A DNA stretch of 48,857 bases from a virus (taxonomy: Duplodnaviria; Caudoviricetes). The DNA is taken from positions 1 through 48,857 of IMG/VR virus record IMGVR_UViG_3300011443_000006, one strand, 5' to 3'. The translations under genes were made by a program, and so were the position numbers. Within the stretch, counting starts at the first letter, position 1. Each line of letters begins with the position of its first letter. The notes beneath the pieces are model-generated. The model saw only the letters and a list, made by a program, of their open reading frames with translations. It ran no database searches and had not been told where the DNA came from. Shown here piece by piece: positions 42,679 to 48,857 of the stretch.

Positions 42679-44152
42679 CCTTTCCAGCCTGCGCCGCCGC
42701 TGGGGCCGCGAGCCGTCGTAATTCATCCTGTAGTTGAGACGTTAAGCTATTCACGGACGAGACGTTACCGGCCCTGATCGCCTGCGCGAGCTTGCCCATC
42801 ATCTGCGCCGTCTTGAGTTGCGTCGTCATCCCGGTTGCGCCGATGGAGTCGAGTGCAGGACCGAGCACGTACCCGGCCGCAGCGCCAGGAATACCGGCCG
42901 ACTGCCCGCCAGCCATCACCGCCGTGAGTCTCGCCATGATTTGCCGACCGACACGCGGGCGCGTGCGCTCCACTTCGGCTGCGGCTTCAAGCACGTCGTT
43001 CGCGGACTTATAGAGGCTGTACTTACTATTCGCGGCTGCGGTGGCTGGCTCAAACTTGGCCAACTGGTCACGCAGGACGCCGGTCACGTCAGCCGCGCCG
43101 TACTTGTTCCCCATCTTCGCGGTAAAGTCCTGCGTTAATGACGGGTTATACACAGCCTTCGCTGGCCCGTCCCATGCGGCCCTGACACGTCGCAGGGCTT
43201 CGTAGTCAGCCACCGGCCCCAATGCCTGGACTTCCGTCATCGCTTGGCGAATCGCGGCAGCGCGCGGCTCACTCGGGGCCGGGACGACGTCATCGCCAGC
43301 CTTCAGCCCTTGGCGCCTTACTGTCTTGGCCGTGACGGCGTCCAGCTTGGCTTGCAGGTCGCGAAGAATGGGCTTGGTGTGCCAGACCTTGTTCGTGTTC
43401 CTGGCCTGAGAGACCGAATCCAGTTCGTCTTCTGCCGCAGCCAGCGCAGACGCCACTTTCCCGTGCAGCCCTTCGCGGCTCATCGCGGACATCGCCGGAT
43501 CGGATGCGAGCGCCGGAGCCACCTTGTTCGCCATGTTCCCAAGGCGCGTCTTGTTGGCCCCAACCTTCGGCGCCATCACGTCCACGTACCGTGAGGCCGC
43601 GCCCTTCTCTAGGGCGCCTGCCGCAGCATCACGCATCCCAGGCGTCATCACGCGCCGCGCGTTCCTCACACCGGCCGGAATAGCAGACGTTGCCAACAGG
43701 CCAGATGCCGCACCTAAGCCGCCTGCCACGTCGCCCGAACCGATTTGCTCACCAGCGCCAGCCGCCGCAGGACCTATCAGCGGTAGAGCGGACGCCACGC
43801 CATGCCCAGCCGCCTCCGAATATCGACCCTCCGAGAATGCCTGCTTCGCCTTCCCGAACTGGTCTGCCTGTTGACCAATCACCGCCTGCGCGGTATCAAT
43901 CGGATGCCGCACCGCGCCATAGAGCCCCTGCGCCATCGCCACAGGATTCAGCGCAGACGCCGCGTTGCTGACAAACCGGCCAGCGGCGCCGCCGCGCGCC
44001 TCCGGCAGTTGCTCGGCTTCCGCGATGGCCCCATCGAACCGTGGCGTGAACCAGCGATTGAACCCGGCTTCGTCCATGCCCTTCGGCGCCGCCGCTAACA
44101 CGCGCTGGCGTATCGCCTCAAACTCGGATTCAGAGAGCGTCCGTGACGGCAT
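42632..44152 (-). CDS. Internal virion/DNA ejection protein
   Basis: 506 aa Ala/Gly-rich helical protein; last of four consecutive ejection-like genes. Confidence 0.65.
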   Translation of the reverse strand: MPSRTLSESEFEAIRQRVLAAAPKGMDEAGFNRWFTPRFDGAIAEAEQLPEARGGAAGRFVSNAASALNPVAMAQGLYGAVRHPIDTAQAVIGQQADQFGKAKQAFSEGRYSEAAGHGVASALPLIGPAAAGAGEQIGSGDVAGGLGAASGLLATSAIPAGVRNARRVMTPGMRDAAAGALEKGAASRYVDVMAPKVGANKTRLGNMANKVAPALASDPAMSAMSREGLHGKVASALAAAEDELDSVSQARNTNKVWHTKPILRDLQAKLDAVTAKTVRRQGLKAGDDVVPAPSEPRAAAIRQAMTEVQALGPVADYEALRRVRAAWDGPAKAVYNPSLTQDFTAKMGNKYGAADVTGVLRDQLAKFEPATAAANSKYSLYKSANDVLEAAAEVERTRPRVGRQIMARLTAVMAGGQSAGIPGAAAGYVLGPALDSIGATGMTTQLKTAQMMGKLAQAIRAGNVSSVNSLTSQLQDELRRLAAPAAAQAGKATSPSANLETQPVMP

Positions 44153-45484
44153 CTATTGGCCCTTCGACCGCAGGTAATCCTGATAGCTTCGACTGGTAGC
44201 CGACGGAGCGGCACCTTGCGGCGCTGGCTGGGCAGTCGCAGGCTTGTCGGCTGGAAAGCCGCCGCCGTAGTCCGTGAGATAGTCGCCACCGTCGCCGCGC
44301 CCGGTGATCTTGTTGATTTTGGCTTCGTAGGAGCGGCGCACGTTGTCGTACTGACTCTTGCCTGAGTTGTACTTCGACCGGATCGTCGCCTTCATGTTGG
44401 CGCGGGCCTGAGGTGTCAAGAACGCGACGTTGCTGAAAATGCGCTGCGCGTTGAACCCGAAGTTATTGGCCCAGCTTTGCGCGTACTTCTGGACCGTCGC
44501 GTACTCGCCTTCCCTGACCACGCTCTCCGGGTCCATCGCCTTCGCAAAGGCGTAGATAAGCGCCTGATCGTCGGCCGGATTCTTCGTGTTGATGTCCAGG
44601 CTGTCAGCGAACGACACGGCTTCCGCTTGCTTCTGGACCGTCTTTACGATGGGTAGGCCGTCGAACGCCCGCATCATGCTATTGACGGCCGTCTGCTGAC
44701 GTGGCGGCAGTCCGCCGTCATTACTTCCGCCACCCTGCCCGGCACGCGCCGCGACAGGGTCATACGGCATGTCGCCAGCTACCGCCGTGCCACGCTCAAT
44801 CGGCACCACTTGCCCGTTGCGCTTGACCCACTCCTGCTGGCCGCTCGCCGCCGTTGCCCGCTTCGGCAACTCGCCCTGGACGTTCGCCACTTTCTGGCGG
44901 GCCTGCCCCACGGTCATGCCATCCGACAGCACCAGCGCGTCAGCCTCGCCATTCTCAAACTTGGCATCGCCAACCGTCTTGCGGACACCGGCCAGATCCT
45001 TCTCCAGCTTGGCCCGCTCGCGCCGTGTCGGTGCGACGTAGGCCGCCTGCTCCACGTCTACCTGAGAGACGCCGTACTGTGGCGCCTGACGGGTCAGCAC
45101 TTCAAGCTGTGACATCGCCTCTTCGGGCGAGAGTTCAGGGTTGCCGCCCATCGAGCGGACGTGCTCCATGAACTTCTGCTGCATCCCGAGGCGCCGATCT
45201 TCGGTCTGCTGCCGCGCCGTCTCTTCCTGGCGCGCGTCCTCGTTGACCATCCGATCGTTGGTCATCACGTCGCGCTGTTGCTGCCAGTCGAATTGCTCGC
45301 GCTGGAGCCCCATCTGCTCCTTGCGGAGTAGCCCTTGCTGGTAGCCTTGCAGGAGACCGGCCACGGCGGGCTGGCCGCCCTTCGCCAGCGCAATCGGGAT
45401 CATCGCCATGAGTCGCGCAACCGCCGCGCCCTTCCCAGGCTGCTTCTGCTCTTTGTTGACGACAATAGGATTGAGCGAGGCCAT
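44153..45484 (-). CDS. Internal virion/DNA ejection protein
   Basis: Gln-rich N-terminus; D.ALIYAFAK.MDPESVVREGEY motif seen in podovirus ejection proteins. Confidence 0.65.
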   Translation of the reverse strand: MASLNPIVVNKEQKQPGKGAAVARLMAMIPIALAKGGQPAVAGLLQGYQQGLLRKEQMGLQREQFDWQQQRDVMTNDRMVNEDARQEETARQQTEDRRLGMQQKFMEHVRSMGGNPELSPEEAMSQLEVLTRQAPQYGVSQVDVEQAAYVAPTRRERAKLEKDLAGVRKTVGDAKFENGEADALVLSDGMTVGQARQKVANVQGELPKRATAASGQQEWVKRNGQVVPIERGTAVAGDMPYDPVAARAGQGGGSNDGGLPPRQQTAVNSMMRAFDGLPIVKTVQKQAEAVSFADSLDINTKNPADDQALIYAFAKAMDPESVVREGEYATVQKYAQSWANNFGFNAQRIFSNVAFLTPQARANMKATIRSKYNSGKSQYDNVRRSYEAKINKITGRGDGGDYLTDYGGGFPADKPATAQPAPQGAAPSATSRSYQDYLRSKGQ

Positions 45485-45492
45485 AGCGTCCT

Positions 45493-46752
45493 TCAGTCGA
45501 AGAGGTCAGCCAGCGCGAGGCCGATGTTGCTCCACATTTGCTGGTTCTGCGCGTTCGCGTACATCTGCTGCTGGTTGTTCGCCGCCGTCATCTGCGCCAC
45601 AATCTGCGCCAAGTTCTCCGGCTGGCTTGTCCCACCCAGCACCGACATCGCTTGCTGTAACGCTTGCACCGGCAACTGCTGGAGCAACGTCGAGAGCTGC
45701 AACTGCTGGCCCTGCGTCCCCCGCTGGAGCCCCAGCGCCGACTGGCCCAACTGCGCGGCTTGATTCAGCCGGTTACTGCGCTCGTTGATGTTCTGCACCG
45801 CCAGATCGCGGCTGGCCTGTGTCCGCATCCGGTCATAGTCAACGTCTGTCTGTTTCTGCCTGTCGAGAGTGATCCCACTTGACGGCAAATAGCCAGCGCG
45901 AGCCGTGCGCACCAGTTCACGCTGCTGGCTGGTCTTCCGCAAGTCCTCAATCGGTTCCGCACCCTGCGTACGAAGCAACGCTAATTCTTGCGGGCTGTAG
46001 CCGTTGCTCCCCGCCAACTCTTGGAATCGGCTCTGGATGAACGACATCAGTTGCGCCTGCGGGTCGTTCGCGCCGGGGTTGGTCAGTTGATTCAACTGGC
46101 CCTTGATCAAGTCTTCGAGCTGCTGTGTGGCTGGGTCATCAAACCAGTTCCCGCCCCACGTCTGGCCTGTGCCCGTGCCGCCAGCGCCACCCATGCCACC
46201 CGGCATCGTGGTAGACGTGCGCCCGTCTGGCATCCGATAGCCCATGCCAGGCACATCGGTAAAGCTGCCGCCAGCACCTTGAATCTGCCCGCTCTGCTCG
46301 CGCGACAGCCCGAGACCCGCACCGCCCCACTCGCTGCCGAGCCCTTCATCGATCCGGTTGAAGTCCCCGGAATTGCGCTTCAAGAAGTCGTTGACCGCAT
46401 CCGCGCCGTACTTGGCGATCCCAGCCTCATAGGCCGACTGCGCCTGTGCCGGTGTCGTGCTCCGTCCTTCGCCAATCGTAACGCCGGTTCCGGCGAGATA
46501 CCCGCCCGTGTTGCCAGCCTGCACGAAGGCACGCCCCGGATCCGCCTCGGGGTTGCGTTGGTTGATCACGCCACTTGGGCTGTTGTCAAAGACCGGATTG
46601 AAGACGTCGGTATAACTTGGCGTAGACGGCGCCGCGCCGGCCGGCTGCGCCAAGCCTACGGGCTGCGTCGAACTCGTCGGGGACTGCGTCCCGCGCGAGC
46701 TGCCGTCGTCCTCTTCGATCCAGTTTCCAGAGCCGTCGAAATAGCCAGCCAT
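45493..46752 (-). CDS. Internal virion/pilot-like protein
   Basis: Gly-rich then Gln-rich; ARAG..SSG motif; amphipathic C-terminus. Confidence 0.6.
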   Translation of the reverse strand: MAGYFDGSGNWIEEDDGSSRGTQSPTSSTQPVGLAQPAGAAPSTPSYTDVFNPVFDNSPSGVINQRNPEADPGRAFVQAGNTGGYLAGTGVTIGEGRSTTPAQAQSAYEAGIAKYGADAVNDFLKRNSGDFNRIDEGLGSEWGGAGLGLSREQSGQIQGAGGSFTDVPGMGYRMPDGRTSTTMPGGMGGAGGTGTGQTWGGNWFDDPATQQLEDLIKGQLNQLTNPGANDPQAQLMSFIQSRFQELAGSNGYSPQELALLRTQGAEPIEDLRKTSQQRELVRTARAGYLPSSGITLDRQKQTDVDYDRMRTQASRDLAVQNINERSNRLNQAAQLGQSALGLQRGTQGQQLQLSTLLQQLPVQALQQAMSVLGGTSQPENLAQIVAQMTAANNQQQMYANAQNQQMWSNIGLALADLFD

Positions 46753-46766
46753 CTAACGCCCCCTAC

Positions 46767-47630
46767 TCACGGAAGCGGTACCTTCGGCAGCGTGATGCCT
46801 TCTCGCCCATAGTTCGGCAACCCGGCAAACGCCAACTGCACAGCAGCCTCATGCAGCGGGTCCGCTCGCCGCATCCGTGCTTCCGTTATCCGCGCGATCC
46901 GGTTCATCTCGTCCATGCCCTGCGCGTTCCCGCCGTTACCACCGCCACCGAGCCCACCCAATGCGCTGAGCGCCAGCGGGGCACCCTTCGCCGCCGCTTC
47001 GATCAGGTCTTTCAGGCTCATGCCGCCGCTCGTCAGCGCATTCGCTGCCGCCGGAGCGACGCCGCCGAGCGCCGCCGTGTTAGGAATCCCTGCGCTCGCG
47101 CCCTGACTGACCATCGCGGACGTGTTCGGCCCCTGCATCGCAGCCGTGATGGGAATCGACGACGACGCCAGCGCCCCGCCTGTGGCTGCGCCAGAGCCGC
47201 CAGCAGCGGGCGCCAGATAGGCACCAGTCGCACCAGCACCACCAGCCGCGCCAGACCCACCAGCCGCACCGCCGGCCCCAGCACTCCCAGCAGCCACCGC
47301 TGGCGTCGTGAGCGCACCAAGCATCCCGACCCCTGTCAGCGCACCCGTGCCGATCGTCGCGAGGTTGTTCCAGTTGACTCCGCGATCGAACTCGCCGGCT
47401 TCGTTGTTCCATGTGCCACCGTTCTGGAACAGTGACTCTCCGGGCTGCTGGTTCTGTGACGCCCACTGCCGCAGCCGTGGGTCGCTGCTGTTCCTGGCAT
47501 TCTCTGGCGCCACATAGGACCGCTCGCCGGCCCGATGCCCGCCAATGTCCATGAGATAGACCTGATACGGGCGGCCGCGCTCGTCCCAGCGAACCTCAGA
47601 AATCCAATTACTGCCGACGTTGTCAGGCAT
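46767..47630 (-). CDS. Gly/Ala-rich internal virion protein
   Basis: Hydrophobic G/A segments like those of DNA-transfer proteins; AAGGA RBS. Confidence 0.6.
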   Translation of the reverse strand: MPDNVGSNWISEVRWDERGRPYQVYLMDIGGHRAGERSYVAPENARNSSDPRLRQWASQNQQPGESLFQNGGTWNNEAGEFDRGVNWNNLATIGTGALTGVGMLGALTTPAVAAGSAGAGGAAGGSGAAGGAGATGAYLAPAAGGSGAATGGALASSSIPITAAMQGPNTSAMVSQGASAGIPNTAALGGVAPAAANALTSGGMSLKDLIEAAAKGAPLALSALGGLGGGGNGGNAQGMDEMNRIARITEARMRRADPLHEAAVQLAFAGLPNYGREGITLPKVPLP

Positions 47631-47634
47631 ATCC

Positions 47635-48483
47635 TTACGCTCCAGGGCTCAACGTGATCGAGGCCGACTCCGTGTGGTGCCGCGCAATCTGTGACGCCAG
47701 ATCCGACTCCAACAGCGTCAGCCACTCCAGCCGCTTCAACGGCTCAGCCTTCGACCGCCAACGCGGCCACGTGATTAACTCATGCGCCAGCGTGGACCGC
47801 TCCGTCCGCACCTTCTTGAGTTCGGCGCGGGCCTGCTCCAACTGCGGCGGCACCACTTCCACTGGCTTGGGCTCATAGCCGTACTTCCAGCCGTGCTTGA
47901 GCAGTGGCGACTTCTTCGCCATCATCACGGCGATGCCCATGCCACGCGCGATGCCCAGGATGTGCTCGAAGTTCGGGCGCTGGTCGATGTATTCGGCCTG
48001 CGTGGACAGGTGGATGCCGTAGACCGCGATTTCCTTGTAGCCTTCGAGAATCGCCTGCGCCACCATGTAACTCGGGCCGGCCGCCCAGTACGGCGTGTCG
48101 CCCCAGTACTTGCCAAACTCCTTCTCGACGTCCTCGACAGGGAACCGCTTCGCGTTCTCCGGCCAGCCGTCAGGCGGCTCATTCTGGAGATAGACGCCAA
48201 TCGTCTTGGCCTGATGCTGCAACCACTCCAAGTGCCCTTCGGGCCGCACATAGAAGCCTTTGGGTATTTCGTGCGCGTAGACCTCGCGCTTGTGGATGGG
48301 ACGGAAGAACATCATGTTGATCGGATGGAGTTCGTACCACCGCGTGACCCGCTGAAAGCCGTTGCCGTTCGCGTCCCGACACATATAGGCGTCGTTCAGG
48401 CTCCAGATGTCCAGGGTCGGATCGGACCACGGCGTATCGACCCAACTCGGCGCCGTCCCCACAATCGCTACACGTTTGCTCAT
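47635..48483 (-). CDS. Maf/sialyltransferase-like (GT29/GT42-type fold) putative glycosyltransferase
   Basis: VAIVGTAPS, WSLND, YMVA.AI.EGYKEI.VYG..L, EY..QR motifs. Confidence 0.55.
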   Translation of the reverse strand: MSKRVAIVGTAPSWVDTPWSDPTLDIWSLNDAYMCRDANGNGFQRVTRWYELHPINMMFFRPIHKREVYAHEIPKGFYVRPEGHLEWLQHQAKTIGVYLQNEPPDGWPENAKRFPVEDVEKEFGKYWGDTPYWAAGPSYMVAQAILEGYKEIAVYGIHLSTQAEYIDQRPNFEHILGIARGMGIAVMMAKKSPLLKHGWKYGYEPKPVEVVPPQLEQARAELKKVRTERSTLAHELITWPRWRSKAEPLKRLEWLTLLESDLASQIARHHTESASITLSPGA

Positions 48484-48492
48484 CGAATGCCT

Positions 48493-48855
48493 CTATTCGA
48501 CCAACAACCAGCACGCCGCGCTTGTGCTTGTGCTTTTGAGATACAGGCGGCTCGCGTCTGCCGCCCGCGTGACTTCAAGTGGTACCACGGTTGCCCCCGG
48601 CTGCGACAGGTCCAAGACCTGCAACGCCATGTGTGGTACCTGTCCGAGCCCGTGCGCCACCGTAAACTCCGACGTGCTCGCCCCCGTCGTCATCTCCTGA
48701 AAGTAGGTCTGGAGATTGACTGCACGGGTCTGGTGCTCTGGCACCCCGAATCGGATGTTGCCCAAGACATGCGTGAAGCAGTCGTCCAGCGCCCGCCGCG
48801 TCGTCGCGTCAGGCACTTGTCGCAACAGCGACTTGATGTAGCCCAAATCAGCCAC
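48493..48855 (-). CDS. Small tail-associated virion protein
   Basis: FTVAHGLGQVP motif; TAGTG-coupled to the 121..945 gene across the circular junction. Confidence 0.6.
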   Translation of the reverse strand: MADLGYIKSLLRQVPDATTRRALDDCFTHVLGNIRFGVPEHQTRAVNLQTYFQEMTTGASTSEFTVAHGLGQVPHMALQVLDLSQPGATVVPLEVTRAADASRLYLKSTSTSAACWLLVE

Positions 48856-48857
48856 TA
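48735..48857. repeat. Terminal direct repeat, copy 2
   Basis: Identical to 1-123. Confidence 0.95.

Overview
The window looks like the complete, circularly assembled genome of a GC-rich podovirus-like tailed phage; bases 1-123 equal 48735-48857. A long minus-strand late region wraps through the contig junction. It encodes TerS/TerL, portal, a GroES-like co-chaperonin, scaffold, major capsid protein, Ser/Thr-rich accessory virion proteins, four signal-peptide-bearing fibre/adhesin-like proteins, tail tube A/B-like proteins, two glycosyltransferase-like enzymes, a methyltransferase, four ejection proteins and a metallophosphoesterase. A second minus-strand operon (38.9-28.4 kb) carries a Cro-like HTH, ERF, SSB-like, Dam, HNH, DUF1376 initiator, DnaB and DUF1064. 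A plus-strand operon of small genes (25.7-28.2 kb) shares a repeated translation-initiation motif. I recognised no integrase, endolysin, tRNA or CRISPR array. The strongest candidates for new biology are: (1) a ~80-nt sRNA (39.13-39.21 kb) antisense to the shared RBS/start motif of the early genes and to the leaderless start of its neighbour; (2) a ~230-nt capsid-operon leader with three tandem pseudoknots; (3) Sec-exported structural-module proteins; (4) a possible virion glycosylation system. All annotations come from reading motifs by eye; no database search or folding program was run.
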